Origin: an uncultured candidate division Zixibacteria bacterium
GTDB lineage: Bacteria; Zixibacteria; MSB-5A5; GN15; FEB-12
Length of the DNA: 64,000 nucleotides
Assembly (NCBI GenBank): GCA_963664195.1
Contig: OY760907.1
Coordinates: forward strand, 896,001 to 960,000
Direction of reading: 5' to 3'
Shown here: in pieces, positions 48,267 through 59,184 of the stretch
Layout of the letters: every line of letters starts with the position of its first letter
Position numbering within the stretch: position 1 is the stretch's first letter
The notes under the pieces: generated by a model
What the model saw: only the letters and a program-made list of their open reading frames with translations
Told to the model about the DNA's origin: nothing
Databases searched by the model: none
Program-made: the position numbers and the translations under genes

Positions 48267-49190
48267 ATGACGACGCCGGTTCCAACACACAAACGGGTTT
48301 TCGCCGACCTCGGGCTGTTTTATTCTGCCGCGATATGGGGCTCGACATTCTTCATCGTTAAGGATGCCCTGAACGATATAGATCCCGTCATACTGGTCGG
48401 CTATCGCTTCCTGATGGCCGGACTCATCCTGTTGGCATACTTGAGAATCTCTGGCCGCCCTATCTTCAAAGGCCTGGGACAGGCTACGGTACTTGCAGTG
48501 ATTCTCTGGCTGCTGTACATTCCGCAGACTATCGGACTCAAATACACTACCGCCTCGAATTCGGGATTCATCACCGGTCTGTTTGTCGCGTTTGTGCCGA
48601 TCTTCATGCTGACTATCTTCAGGCGCAAACCAACCGTGGCGGAAGTTGTCGCGTCGATAGTCTCGCTGGGAGGGCTGTGGATACTCACCGGAGGATTGCA
48701 GGACATAAACGTTGGCGACTCTCTCACGCTGATTGCGGCAATGACCTACGCGCTTCACGTGCTGTACGCCGACAAGTACGTCAGGAGCGGAATCGATCCG
48801 TACACGATATGCACCCAGCAGTTTCTGCTCGTGGGTTTGTTCAGCCTGGTGACCGGTCTCGTGATGGGATTGCCGTTCGCGATCGAATCGGCGGGAGCGG
48901 GGAGGACGGTCATCTTTCTGGCCCTGCTGCCGACCCTGTCCGCCTTTGTAATACAGATGGTGGCACAAAGAATTACTGCTCCTTTGAAGGTGTCGCTGAT
49001 ATTCGCGCTCGAACCGGTATTCGCGGCGATGTTTGCCTGGACGCTGGGCGGCGAGAAGTTTGTGACCCATCGCGCGGCTGGCGGCGCATTGATTTTCCTG
49101 GCGCTGGTGATCTCCGGATCATCGGCACCGGCTCTGAAACTCTGGAAATTCATCACGTTGAACTCCAGACGCGGTGACGACTCTCGCTGA
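48267..49190 (+). CDS. DMT/EamA family transporter
   Basis: IWGSTF, GLKYTTASNSGFITGL, LEPVFA; about 10 TM helices. Confidence 0.9.
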   Translation: MTTPVPTHKRVFADLGLFYSAAIWGSTFFIVKDALNDIDPVILVGYRFLMAGLILLAYLRISGRPIFKGLGQATVLAVILWLLYIPQTIGLKYTTASNSGFITGLFVAFVPIFMLTIFRRKPTVAEVVASIVSLGGLWILTGGLQDINVGDSLTLIAAMTYALHVLYADKYVRSGIDPYTICTQQFLLVGLFSLVTGLVMGLPFAIESAGAGRTVIFLALLPTLSAFVIQMVAQRITAPLKVSLIFALEPVFAAMFAWTLGGEKFVTHRAAGGALIFLALVISGSSAPALKLWKFITLNSRRGDDSR

Positions 49191-49282
49191 TTTCGGGATT
49201 GCGCACGCAATCGGTCTTTGATATACTCCCGTCAGTGAAATCTATTACTTCGGCTTGTCCGATCTAGAAGGAGGCAGAGACT

Positions 49283-49783
49283 ATGAAAGTGACAATTACG
49301 ACGAACAAGGGTGATATCAATCTCAGGCTGTTCGCCGACAAGGCTCCCGTAACAGTCGCGAATTTCGTGAACCTCGCCAAGCGTGGGTACTACGACGGTC
49401 TCACGTTTCACCGCGTGATCGACAATTTCATGATCCAGGGCGGCTGTCCTCTCGGTAACGGCACCGGCGGTCCCGGCTACAATTTCGAGGACGAGTGTAC
49501 GCCGGAATTGAGGCATGACGGCCCGGGAAGACTCTCCATGGCCAACGCTGGCCCGAACTCCAACGGCAGCCAGTTCTTCATTACGCATGTCCCGACCGAT
49601 TGGCTCGACGGCAAACATACGGTCTTTGGCGAAGTCTTAGCGACCGAGGATCAGACAGTGGTCAACAAGATCGCTGGCAATGACAGGATCGAAAAAGTGG
49701 TCGTCGTGGATGACCCGACCGAATTGTTCGAGAAAACAAAGGATCGTATCGAGGCTTGGAACAAGATTCTCGACAAGCAGTAA
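49283..49783 (+). CDS. ppiA: Cyclophilin-type peptidylprolyl isomerase
   Basis: [40 protein letters not shown]. Confidence 0.95.
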   Translation: MKVTITTNKGDINLRLFADKAPVTVANFVNLAKRGYYDGLTFHRVIDNFMIQGGCPLGNGTGGPGYNFEDECTPELRHDGPGRLSMANAGPNSNGSQFFITHVPTDWLDGKHTVFGEVLATEDQTVVNKIAGNDRIEKVVVVDDPTELFEKTKDRIEAWNKILDKQ

Positions 49784-49809
49784 TCGTCTCGACAACAAGC
49801 AGTTAGAAT

Positions 49810-49856
49810 CAAAACGCACAGGTGCCCCTTTGCCCGCGCCATCTGTGCGTTTTTTA
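49810..49856 (+). terminator. Intrinsic terminator after cyclophilin
   Basis: AAAACGCACAG...CTGTGCGTTTTTT. Confidence 0.55.
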
Positions 49857-49920
49857 GTCATAGCAGAACCTAAAGTTGGCCTCTCATCTCCCCGAAACAC
49901 TGATATAGAAGGGAAAGCCA

Positions 49921-51252
49921 ATGGATTCTGCATTTGTAAGTAAGCTTCTCAGCGAGAACCGACAACTCTCTACCCTACCCCAGACAATCGTCGAGGTGCT
50001 TCGGGTCGTACGTGACGAGAACTCTTCCGCCACGGAACTGGCGCGGGTAATCAGAATAGACCCGGCATTAACCTCATCCGTACTGCGGATCGTCAACTCC
50101 CCGTTCTATGGCTGTGGCCATCAGATCGGATCGATAACGCAGGCGGTCATGACCATGGGCATGCAGCAGGTGGTTTCGCTGGCACTTTCCCACTCCGTGT
50201 ACAAAATGAACGATGACTGGCGGTCCTCGCCTTACCATGTCCGGTACTGGCGTCATTCACTGGAAGTCGCGATCACGTCGCGGATGATTGCCGAACGAGT
50301 TGCGCCCGAACAGGCCGAGCAGGCATTCGTGGCCGGCCTGTTGCATGATATTGGACTGTTGATCCTTGAGCAGACATTGCCAGATCAGGCGGAAAACATG
50401 CTGGCCAGTGTCGACGATGAAGCCGAGCTTCTCACGCTGGAAATCGGAGCCTGGGGGGCCACTCACGCGGAGATCGGCAGCTACCTGCTGAGATTGTGGC
50501 AATTGCCGGAGTCAATATGCGAAGCGGTCGAACGACACCACGAGTGCACTATCCGGGATGACGGAGACGAGGAGTATTTCCTCAGTCGGATAGTCTGTCT
50601 GGCACACTTAATTTCCAAGTTTCCCGTATTGTCCGACCGTGGGATTGATGCCACCACCTTGCTCGACCGCGAGGTGCTGCGCGCTCATCTGGGTATCCCC
50701 GGCGACGTCCTTCAGGCGATAGATCGTGAGTCCTTCAGCAGAACGCTCGAAGAAGCCGCTTTCCTGGAGATCAACATCGGCTCGGCGGATGACATCGCCT
50801 CGGAAACGGAGCAGATGCTTTCCGAACAACATGAGGCACTGAGAAGCCTTCAGAAACAGATAGTCGAAGAAGAAGATTGCGGGCAACCCGACAGCCTCGC
50901 TTTGAATTCGATGAAGTCGTCTCGGGCCAGTGCTGCGAGTCTTGCGAAGAATATTCACAAGATCGCCGCCTCCATGCAGGTGTGGATTGCTGCCATCAAT
51001 TGTGACATAGCCGACACGTCCACCAACGCCATCCCGGCCGATGCCCTCGCGGCGCTCAAGCAGATCATGGAGGGTAACCTTGAGATAGCCGAGTTGTCCA
51101 AGGAAATCGAAGGATTGACGGTCGACGCATCCAACGACGCTGATGACGACGAAGACGACGGAGATGATTTCGATTTCTCATCCCTCGATGAGCCTGACGG
51201 CAGCGATTCGGTCTACACGCACATAAAAGACAAGGCCGGACGCCGTTGGTGA
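49921..51252 (+). CDS. HDOD domain protein
   Basis: LSTLP, DPALTSSVLRIVNS, WRHS, AGLLHDIG, HAEIG, WQLP; acidic C-terminal tail. Confidence 0.9.
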   Translation: MDSAFVSKLLSENRQLSTLPQTIVEVLRVVRDENSSATELARVIRIDPALTSSVLRIVNSPFYGCGHQIGSITQAVMTMGMQQVVSLALSHSVYKMNDDWRSSPYHVRYWRHSLEVAITSRMIAERVAPEQAEQAFVAGLLHDIGLLILEQTLPDQAENMLASVDDEAELLTLEIGAWGATHAEIGSYLLRLWQLPESICEAVERHHECTIRDDGDEEYFLSRIVCLAHLISKFPVLSDRGIDATTLLDREVLRAHLGIPGDVLQAIDRESFSRTLEEAAFLEINIGSADDIASETEQMLSEQHEALRSLQKQIVEEEDCGQPDSLALNSMKSSRASAASLAKNIHKIAASMQVWIAAINCDIADTSTNAIPADALAALKQIMEGNLEIAELSKEIEGLTVDASNDADDDEDDGDDFDFSSLDEPDGSDSVYTHIKDKAGRRW

Positions 51253-51253
51253 C

Positions 51254-51290
51254 AAAGAAAAAGGGACGACGTTTCCGCCGTCCCTGTATT
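51254..51290. terminator. Bidirectional terminator
   Basis: AAAAGGGACG...CGTCCCTGTATTT between convergent genes. Confidence 0.55.
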
Positions 51291-51308
51291 TCTGAGTCCG
51301 ATGCAGAA

Positions 51309-51767
51309 CTACGCGTCGCCGGATTTGTCGCGACGGTGCAGCATGTCCATATACATATTGAGATAGCGGTTCTCTATCTCCGTATTATTGGTCTGGCTGC
51401 GGATAATATCCCTCAGAGAGACCAGACCGACTACTTCCTCGGCCTCGACAATCGGCACATGGCGAATCCAGTTCTTGTCCATGATACCCGCAATATACGA
51501 GATGTCATCATCCGGGAGACCAATAATCAGCTCGGTCGTCATCACATCCTTCACCTTCAGACTGTGATAGTCGCCGCCGGTCTTGTGGATCTTCTTGAAA
51601 ATGTCTTTGTCACTGACGATTCCCGCCAACTGGCCGTCGTCGTCAATAACCGGGAGACATCCAATGTTGTTCTGGATGAGAAGATCCATGGCCTGATCGA
51701 CAGTCGTCGACGGTTTGGCAGATATGATCTCTCTCGGTTTGTTTTCGAGTAAAGTCTTTACGAGCAT
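51309..51767 (-). CDS. CBS domain pair protein
   Basis: IGCLPV, GIVSDKD, VKDVMT, IRHVPIV, GLVSLRD. Confidence 0.92.
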   Translation of the reverse strand: MLVKTLLENKPREIISAKPSTTVDQAMDLLIQNNIGCLPVIDDDGQLAGIVSDKDIFKKIHKTGGDYHSLKVKDVMTTELIIGLPDDDISYIAGIMDKNWIRHVPIVEAEEVVGLVSLRDIIRSQTNNTEIENRYLNMYMDMLHRRDKSGDA

Positions 51768-52039
51768 ACTCCACCCTTTCTATTCAAAATGTAAGATATT
51801 TCAGAAGATGCCTCTATTTGTAATATAGAGACTCCACTGTGCGGGGACAAGTAAAAACCGGCGAACCAAAACCGGCGAACGACGGTTGTAATCCCCTCAA
51901 AATCGCCCTGCATACTCTTTGTACGGTAAGACAGGCCCCGAGTTCGCTGCTTCCACAACAGGACACGTGGTCGGCCTGCTGAAAAACCGTGACATTTGTC
52001 GCCACATTCCGGATACTGACAGAATACCGGAGTTAATAT

Positions 52040-52945
52040 ATGGTAACGTTTCCGATAAGCGGCGTTGAAACATACTGGTGGCTGCCCGTGCTGGTAGCGT
52101 TTGTAGTATCCCTGGTTACCTCGACCGGGGGCGTTTCCGGCGCGTTCATCCTGTTGCCGTATCAGGTGAGCATTCTCGGATTCACCGGTCCCGCAGTGAG
52201 TCCCACGAATCTGATTTTCAATATCGTTGCTATTCCCAGCGGTGTGTGGCGCTACTGGCGCGAGGGGCGAATCGTCTGGCCGCTGGCCTGGCTGATAGTG
52301 ATAGGCACGCTTCCGGGGATATTCCTGGGCGCGATGATTCGCATCAGATTCCTTCCCGATCCTCGCTCGTTCAAGCTGTTTGCGGCGTGTGTTCTGATCT
52401 ATATCGCCGTCAGAATGATCCATGCGGTGTTTGCACACAGCAGCTCGCAATCCAATAACGAGCAGCAAACCTCTAACCGGTTCACAGTCAGCAAGGCCTC
52501 GTTCAATTGGCGGGCATTGATATATGATTTTGACGGTCAATCGTACAGCATCTCCACTTTGCGGATTGTGATCTTGTGTGTGATCGTAGGCGTTGTGGGC
52601 GGAACGTACGGCATAGGAGGCGGAGCGATCATCGCACCGTTCCTCATTTCCATGTTCCGCCTGCCGGTGCATTCGATCGCCGGGGCAACATTGTTCGGGA
52701 CGTTTGCGACGTCGGTGGCCGGAGTCGCCTTCTACTGGATGCTCGGAGGGTACTACTCTGGCAGCGAGATCGAGATAGTCCCCGACTGGCAACTCGGCCT
52801 GTTGTTTGGGGTGGGCGGCGCACTCGGTATGTACGTCGGGGCACGCATCCAGCGGTTCGCACCGGCCAGAGCGATCAAGATATTGTTGGCAGGATGCCTG
52901 CTGTTTATCGCGGGTGGCTATGTGATTGGATTTTTCCGGGGATAA
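52040..52945 (+). CDS. TauE/SafE (TSUP) family sulfite exporter
   Basis: GGVSGAFILLP, GTYGIGGGAIIAP, PDW.LG..FG.GG..GMY.GA. Confidence 0.88.
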   Translation: MVTFPISGVETYWWLPVLVAFVVSLVTSTGGVSGAFILLPYQVSILGFTGPAVSPTNLIFNIVAIPSGVWRYWREGRIVWPLAWLIVIGTLPGIFLGAMIRIRFLPDPRSFKLFAACVLIYIAVRMIHAVFAHSSSQSNNEQQTSNRFTVSKASFNWRALIYDFDGQSYSISTLRIVILCVIVGVVGGTYGIGGGAIIAPFLISMFRLPVHSIAGATLFGTFATSVAGVAFYWMLGGYYSGSEIEIVPDWQLGLLFGVGGALGMYVGARIQRFAPARAIKILLAGCLLFIAGGYVIGFFRG

Positions 52946-53066
52946 GGAAAACCACCAGGGTCAGCCCCTGGAACCCTGACGGTCACGGATGACCCACATA
53001 ACCGGGGCAAACGACAAGACGGCAGGCTGGGGCAGACTATCATCTGCCGCCCACAGAGTCACGAGA

Positions 53067-53633
53067 CTAGTCTTCGGTAACTTCAGAGAACTGAATCTCA
53101 TCACCCTCAAGCGCCGCCCAGAACATACGCACCTGTACTCCGGCGAAGTCTCTCAGAATCAGAGTCGCTGCCGTTTTCAAATCCAGCTTGCCCTTGATCG
53201 GCAACTGAATTGTGGGATGGTATCCCTTCATCTTGCTGTACCAGGTGCAGTCATCGTGATTGATCACAATCACCTGCCGGATACTTCCCTCTTTGAGGAA
53301 GAACTTAATCTGCTCCCAGAGGATTTTGAAATTCTTCGGCAAAAACGACTGCATCCCGAATGCATGAATGCCGCCGCCGACTATCACCGGCGTGTAGTTG
53401 CGAACACCCAGCTCATTGGTAACAAAACTGCGAAAGGCGGTTTGGAATCTCGGATCACCGCAGTGAATCACCAGCGCCTCCGGCTCCTGCTTGTCGATCC
53501 GGTATCGGCCCGCACGCGGGTTCGTCGCAGGCACACTATACCCACTGATTGGCGCTTCACCTGTTCCCGACCCGTGGCCTGCCCGAGGGGTTTCCCCCTC
53601 AAGCAGCTTGATGTTCGTATCATGATCGGCCAT
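53067..53633 (-). CDS. Beta-carbonic-anhydrase-like protein
   Basis: CGDPR and HDDC zinc-ligand pattern (CxDxR...HxxC). Confidence 0.7.
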   Translation of the reverse strand: MADHDTNIKLLEGETPRAGHGSGTGEAPISGYSVPATNPRAGRYRIDKQEPEALVIHCGDPRFQTAFRSFVTNELGVRNYTPVIVGGGIHAFGMQSFLPKNFKILWEQIKFFLKEGSIRQVIVINHDDCTWYSKMKGYHPTIQLPIKGKLDLKTAATLILRDFAGVQVRMFWAALEGDEIQFSEVTED

Positions 53634-53637
53634 GACG

Positions 53638-55239
53638 TTATTCCTCTGTTGTGGTTGTCGGCTCGGTTTCGACCTTAATGCCGACCTTGTTCAGAAGATC
53701 GCCGACATCAATACCGGCCGCCTTGGCCTGTTCCATCAATCCGAAGAGCATCATCGGGCCGGTTTTGGTGAAGCGGTTCAGCGCAGAGCTTCCGTCGCCG
53801 CTGCCGTTGCCGCCCGAGTCGACCACAACGAGTTTGTCGATATTGCCCATCGGCGCGGCAATCGCGCCAAAGACAGACGCGAGTGACTCAACCGCCGGCG
53901 GTACGGACTTGACGAGTTCGAGAATAAGTGCCTTATCGTTGAAATTGCTGTACGCGTCGGCGATTTTCAACAAAGCCTCAGCTCGTGCCAGACCCTGCTG
54001 ACGGATAACCTCTGCCTCGGAAAGACCCTGCTGGCGTATGACTGTTGCCTCCGCAAGACCAGTCGCCTCACGTGCGGCCGCCTGACCGGCACCCTCCGCC
54101 TCGCGTTTGTGCTGTTCGGCGTCGGCGCGAGCAATCGTGGCGAACTTGTCACCCTCTGCACGGGCAGTCTGGGCGCTCTTGTACCCCTCGGCTTCCCTGA
54201 CCTGGGCATCGGCCTTGGCCTTGGCGGGAACGACCACTGCCGCTTCCTGAGATTTTCTCTCGCGGAGAATGTTCTGTTCTTCCACAGAAATCTGAGCCCG
54301 GGAACGTTCCTCTTCGATTTTCACCTCGGCCACGACCACTTTCTGTCGCTCGGTTGCGGATGCAAGCGGACCGGCCTGTTCGGTCTTGGCCGACTCGCGA
54401 GAGACTTCGGCGTTGTATATCTGCTTGGCGACATCGGCGTTCTTTGTAGCCTCAGCCTTGAGCTTTTCATTGCTCTGCGCGACAACCTCGGCATCTCGAT
54501 CAGCATCGGTCGCTTTCTTCTTGGCTTCAGCCTGGGCTTCCGCCTCACCGATGGCGGCGTCGCGTTTTACCTCGGCAGTTCGTCGCTTACCGAGTGCCTG
54601 GATATATCCCTGATCATCGGTAATCGACTGCGGGTTGAAGACGTCAATCTGCATCCCGAGACGGGAGAGATCTTCGGCAGCTTCGTGAAGCACCTGCTGA
54701 CGGAAAGCATCGCGATCCTTGATGAGCTGATCGACGGTAAGCGTGCCGACCACACCCCGGAGGTTGGCTTCAAGCGTCTCGCGAGCAATCGCCTGCACCT
54801 GATCCGGGCGCAAGCCCAGAAAGCGCGAACCTGCCGCAAGCAGCGACTGACCGTCGTCTTTGAATCGGATGTTGGCAACGGCGTCCACTGTGACAAGCAC
54901 ACCATCGGCGTTCGGCATATTTTCGACACGAATCTGCGGCAGCGAGATTTCCGTAAGATCCAGAAACTGGACCTCTTCGATAACCGGCTTGCGGATACGA
55001 CCGCCACCGGTGACCACCACGGTTCCGGGCGGGAGTATCGTTACCGTCGGAGACCCGGGTTCCGCCTGAACCAGCTTCACCGTCTTCTTCTTGCCGCTGC
55101 GAGCACCGTAGAAAAATGCCGCTTTGTTCGGTGGCACGCGAATGTAGAATGCGGCCAGTGCTCGGACGAGCACAAAAAACGCCACCACGATAGCGATGCC
55201 TATGATAGGCCAGGTTAGATATTGTAGAGCATTTGCCAT
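53638..55239 (-). CDS. SPFH/flotillin family protein
   Basis: N-terminal TM, SPFH (LEANLRGVVG), GYIQALG, long Ala/Glu coiled coil, IDKLVVVD. Confidence 0.92.
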   Translation of the reverse strand: MANALQYLTWPIIGIAIVVAFFVLVRALAAFYIRVPPNKAAFFYGARSGKKKTVKLVQAEPGSPTVTILPPGTVVVTGGGRIRKPVIEEVQFLDLTEISLPQIRVENMPNADGVLVTVDAVANIRFKDDGQSLLAAGSRFLGLRPDQVQAIARETLEANLRGVVGTLTVDQLIKDRDAFRQQVLHEAAEDLSRLGMQIDVFNPQSITDDQGYIQALGKRRTAEVKRDAAIGEAEAQAEAKKKATDADRDAEVVAQSNEKLKAEATKNADVAKQIYNAEVSRESAKTEQAGPLASATERQKVVVAEVKIEEERSRAQISVEEQNILRERKSQEAAVVVPAKAKADAQVREAEGYKSAQTARAEGDKFATIARADAEQHKREAEGAGQAAAREATGLAEATVIRQQGLSEAEVIRQQGLARAEALLKIADAYSNFNDKALILELVKSVPPAVESLASVFGAIAAPMGNIDKLVVVDSGGNGSGDGSSALNRFTKTGPMMLFGLMEQAKAAGIDVGDLLNKVGIKVETEPTTTTEE

Positions 55240-55288
55240 TATTGTAACCCTCCTCGGATATAGATAGTAAACTGACTGGTATACAGTG

Positions 55289-55813
55289 TCAATTCGTCGG
55301 TTCAACCGTTACCGTGTCGCCGGTCTTGTTGACTATGCGCACGGGGATATCGCGGCTGACCGACTTGCCGTCCGCCGTACGCGCCCTGTACGTCACTTCA
55401 CGACCGCGCAAAATGCAGGCCACCTGGCCCAAACCGTTCTCCGGTATGGCGTCGATCAAGTTGGCCGTGGCTCCGATAATGTCGTTGTCGGTGATCGTCG
55501 AGTTGTACTGGCTGGCATAAAACACCTTGAGAATCAGATACCCCACGATACCGACCACAAGCGCTCCGCCGATTCCGGCCAGCGATGACTGAAGCATCGA
55601 CGCCTCGGTCGTGGCGCGCATACCAAAACCGACCGACCCAAACCCGACCGCCAGCATCGAGACCATCTTCAGGCTGAAGATACTCGGACCGGATGACCCG
55701 TCGATATCGTCGATCGCGTCAACATCCGCGTCGGCATCGGCGTCGCCGCCAAAAATCAGATTAAAAAGCAGGATGACAAAGCCCACCCCAAAAATGCTTG
55801 CGAAGATCCACAT
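55289..55813 (-). CDS. NfeD-like membrane protein
   Basis: Three TM helices, acidic DAD linker, C-terminal OB-fold (IP..G.GQV). Confidence 0.85.
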   Translation of the reverse strand: MWIFASIFGVGFVILLFNLIFGGDADADADVDAIDDIDGSSGPSIFSLKMVSMLAVGFGSVGFGMRATTEASMLQSSLAGIGGALVVGIVGYLILKVFYASQYNSTITDNDIIGATANLIDAIPENGLGQVACILRGREVTYRARTADGKSVSRDIPVRIVNKTGDTVTVEPTN

Positions 55814-56071
55814 AGGTTATCTCCCTTCACCACGCAACTTGTGCCGTCCAATAGCAAGTACCCACCAAGCGTCGACATATTCGATCATTCTCGGTCGATT
55901 TTCTGCGTTTCTATGAGTCCCGCGATCACAGCAACTCGTACTGACTTCGTAGACCTGTAGGGCCGCAATGTCGTGCCCCGGCTGTAATCTACGATTATAT
56001 AGCAGGAAGCGGCGCCCGCTGTCAAGATAACAGCAGACGCCGCTTGCGAATTGTGAAGTCTAGGTTTGACT

Positions 56072-59000
56072 CTATTCAGTCGACAGGTCGGCGGCAAACC
56101 ATTTGTATATCGCCGGTATTACCAGCAGGGTCAAGATGGTTGAGGTCACCAATCCCCCGACCACGACTGTCGCCAGCGGACGCTGGACGTCGCTGCCGAT
56201 TCCAAGCGAGAACAGTAGTGGGATCAGGCCCAGAGCGGTGGTCAGGGCGGTCATAAGCACCGGTCTCAGGCGCATTGCCGCACCACGGATAGAGGCCTCG
56301 TCGACAGTCAACCCTCTGTGCATGAGCTGGTTGATGTAGGTCACCAGCACCATGCCGTTCTCCAACGCAATGCCAAACAGGGCTATGAATCCGACCGAGG
56401 CCGGTACCGACAGATTCTGTCCGGTTATCCAGAGAGCAACCACACCGCCTACCAGCGCCAGCGGGATGTTCAGCAGAATCAGCAGCGAGTTCTTCAACGA
56501 TTCAAAACTCAAGTACAGCAACAGAAAAACAAGCAACAGCGTAATCGGTACCACGACCGTCATGCGACGGTTGGCTTCCTGCTGAAGCTGGAACTGGCCG
56601 CCCCAGGCCACAAAATACCCGGCAGGCATATCGACGGACACATCGACCACACGACGGGCTTCCTCGACGAAAGAACCGATATCGCGATCCGCCACGTTGC
56701 ACTGAATCGTTACAAAGCGCTGGTTTTGCTCGCGGGTGATCTGACGCGGACCGACGATTTCCTCTATTGTCGCCAGTTCCTTGAGAGGCACCCGCGCACC
56801 CGACGGCGATTGAACAAGGATATTGCCGATTGCCTCGGGTGTGTTGCGATAGGCCTCAGCATAGCGGACCTGGATGTCGTATCGGCGAACCCCCTCGAAC
56901 ATCTGCCCGGCCGATTGTCCGCCCACCGCGGCACCGATGACCGATTGGACATCTTCCATATTGATCCCGTAACGAGCAATCATCTGGCGATCGATCTTGA
57001 TCAACAATTGTGGACTGCCTGTTACCTGGTCAGCCTGAACATCGACCGCTCCCCTGACACCCCTAATGGCCGCGACCACCTCATCGGCCGTAGCCTCGAG
57101 TTGATCGAGATCCTCACCGAACAGTTTGATAGCCAACTCGGCTCGAACCCCGTGCAGGAGTTCATCAACCGTCATTTTTATCGGCTGCGTGAAGTTGGTG
57201 AGTACGCCGGGCACGTCACCGAGTTGCTCACGGATGTAGTTGGTCAGCTCCTCCTGGGAGTTGGCGTGTGTCCATTCATCGCGCGGTTTGAGCGATATAA
57301 ACGTCTCGACGCTGTTCACCGGGTGCGAGTGCGCTCCGACCTCTCCCCTTCCAATACGTGACACCACCTGTGTAATCTCATCGATCCCGATCAAGCGTCG
57401 TTCCACGATCATCGTCATGCGCTTGCTTTCCTCGATAGATATCGAGGGAGCCATTGCGAGACGGAGCGCGATCATTCCCTCTTGGAGAGTGGGGGTGAAT
57501 TCAGAACCCAGTCTCGGGTAGACCGCCGCCCCGGCCACAAGAAGAACAGTAGCGAGGATCAGCGCAGCCAGGCGACGAGAAACAAAAAACTGCACGAGGG
57601 GGCGGTACGGCTTGAGCAGCAGCCTTGTGATGCCGCTTTCAGATGCCCGTGCCTTCGTTTTCTTCTTGCCGCGCCTCATAAGGTACGAAGACAACACCGG
57701 TGCAACAAATACGGCATAGACCAGTGATCCCAACATAGCCAGCGAGACCGTGTAGGCCAGCGGGCGGAAGGTCTTTCCTTCGACACCCTGCAATGTGAAA
57801 AGCGGTAGGAAAACAATAATGATAATCGAAATCGCAAACAGAATCGGTCGACCGACCTCCGAGCAGGCTTGCTCCACGATACGGAGACGAGATTCCGACT
57901 GTTCGGCTCGTCGCAGCTTCCGGTCGACGTTCTCGACAATCACAATCGTGCCATCGACAAGCATGCCAATCGCAATTGCCAGCCCTCCTAACGACATCAG
58001 GTTGGCAGAGATGTCAAACTGCCGCATCCAGATTGAGGCAAACAGGATCGAGAACGGAATGGATATCGCCACGACAAGACTCGGACGAAATCCGCCCAGG
58101 AACAAAACGATAATGACCACGACCAGGATGATACCCTGTATGAGCGCCGTGCGAACCGTGTCGACGCAGGCTTCAACCAGCGACTTCTGCTCATAGTAGG
58201 GAACGATCTGGACGCCCTCGGGCATGATCTTGTTGATCTCGGCCAGTTTCTCCTCGACCTGTCCGATGACCGTCGAGGAGTTAGTGCCAAGCAGTTTTAC
58301 GACCATGCCCGCGACAACTTCCTCTACACCGTCACGGGTTTGTAATCCTCGGCGAATCGCCCCGCCGACTTCCACGTCGGCAAGCTGCTTGAGGAAAACC
58401 GGCGTACCGTCTTCTGCCTTGATAACGACATTCTCAATGTCGTCGATAGTCGAGGCAAGTCCGACCGAGCGGACCACCAGTTCCTCGGAATTGCGCGTGA
58501 TAAACTGCGCGCCGACATTGAGATTGTTGGCTTTGATCTTCTCAATAACTTCGGCGAGTGAAACATCGTACTGCAACAGGTTGTCCGGCAGCACCACGAC
58601 ATCGTATTGCTTTTCGAACCCACCCACACCGAGAACTTCGGTTACGCCCGGGACGCTTTGCAGGTGGAATTTCACGATCCAATCCTGGATAGCGCGCAAC
58701 TCCGCAAGGCTCCTTGTTCCGGTCTCGTCCTCCAGATAGTAGAACATGACCAGCCCCATTCCGGTAGTTATCGGCCCCATCATCGGTTCGCCAAATCCTT
58801 CGGGGATTTCCTCGCGGGCTTCCCGGAGACGTTCGTCTACAAGACGACGCGCAAAGTAGATGTCCATGTCGTCCTCGAAATAGAGGCTGAGCACAGACAA
58901 ACCAAAATTGGACACGGATCGGATTTTGGTGATCCCCGGCAGACCGTTCATCGCCGACTCAATGGGATACGTCACGTACTTCTCAATCTCTTCCGGCGCG

Positions 59001-59167
59001 AGCCCCTCGGTCACGGTATACACTTGCACGAGGTTGGGCGACACGTCGGGGAAGGCATCCACCGGGAGATTGGTATAGCTGTAATATCCGCCCGCCAGAA
59101 CCATCACGCCGATCACAAGGATCAGTAGTCGGTTCTTCAGCGCGAATTTCATGCTGTCTTCTAACAT
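56072..59167 (-). CDS. czcA: Heavy-metal efflux RND transporter (CzcA/CusA family)
   Basis: LPVDAFPDV, SNFGLS, GMLVDGTIVIVEN, EGKTFRPLA, RLRPVLMTA, QRPLATVVVGG. Confidence 0.93.
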   Translation of the reverse strand: MLEDSMKFALKNRLLILVIGVMVLAGGYYSYTNLPVDAFPDVSPNLVQVYTVTEGLAPEEIEKYVTYPIESAMNGLPGITKIRSVSNFGLSVLSLYFEDDMDIYFARRLVDERLREAREEIPEGFGEPMMGPITTGMGLVMFYYLEDETGTRSLAELRAIQDWIVKFHLQSVPGVTEVLGVGGFEKQYDVVVLPDNLLQYDVSLAEVIEKIKANNLNVGAQFITRNSEELVVRSVGLASTIDDIENVVIKAEDGTPVFLKQLADVEVGGAIRRGLQTRDGVEEVVAGMVVKLLGTNSSTVIGQVEEKLAEINKIMPEGVQIVPYYEQKSLVEACVDTVRTALIQGIILVVVIIVLFLGGFRPSLVVAISIPFSILFASIWMRQFDISANLMSLGGLAIAIGMLVDGTIVIVENVDRKLRRAEQSESRLRIVEQACSEVGRPILFAISIIIIVFLPLFTLQGVEGKTFRPLAYTVSLAMLGSLVYAVFVAPVLSSYLMRRGKKKTKARASESGITRLLLKPYRPLVQFFVSRRLAALILATVLLVAGAAVYPRLGSEFTPTLQEGMIALRLAMAPSISIEESKRMTMIVERRLIGIDEITQVVSRIGRGEVGAHSHPVNSVETFISLKPRDEWTHANSQEELTNYIREQLGDVPGVLTNFTQPIKMTVDELLHGVRAELAIKLFGEDLDQLEATADEVVAAIRGVRGAVDVQADQVTGSPQLLIKIDRQMIARYGINMEDVQSVIGAAVGGQSAGQMFEGVRRYDIQVRYAEAYRNTPEAIGNILVQSPSGARVPLKELATIEEIVGPRQITREQNQRFVTIQCNVADRDIGSFVEEARRVVDVSVDMPAGYFVAWGGQFQLQQEANRRMTVVVPITLLLVFLLLYLSFESLKNSLLILLNIPLALVGGVVALWITGQNLSVPASVGFIALFGIALENGMVLVTYINQLMHRGLTVDEASIRGAAMRLRPVLMTALTTALGLIPLLFSLGIGSDVQRPLATVVVGGLVTSTILTLLVIPAIYKWFAADLSTE

Positions 59168-59184
59168 ACTATTCGATCCCCGAC

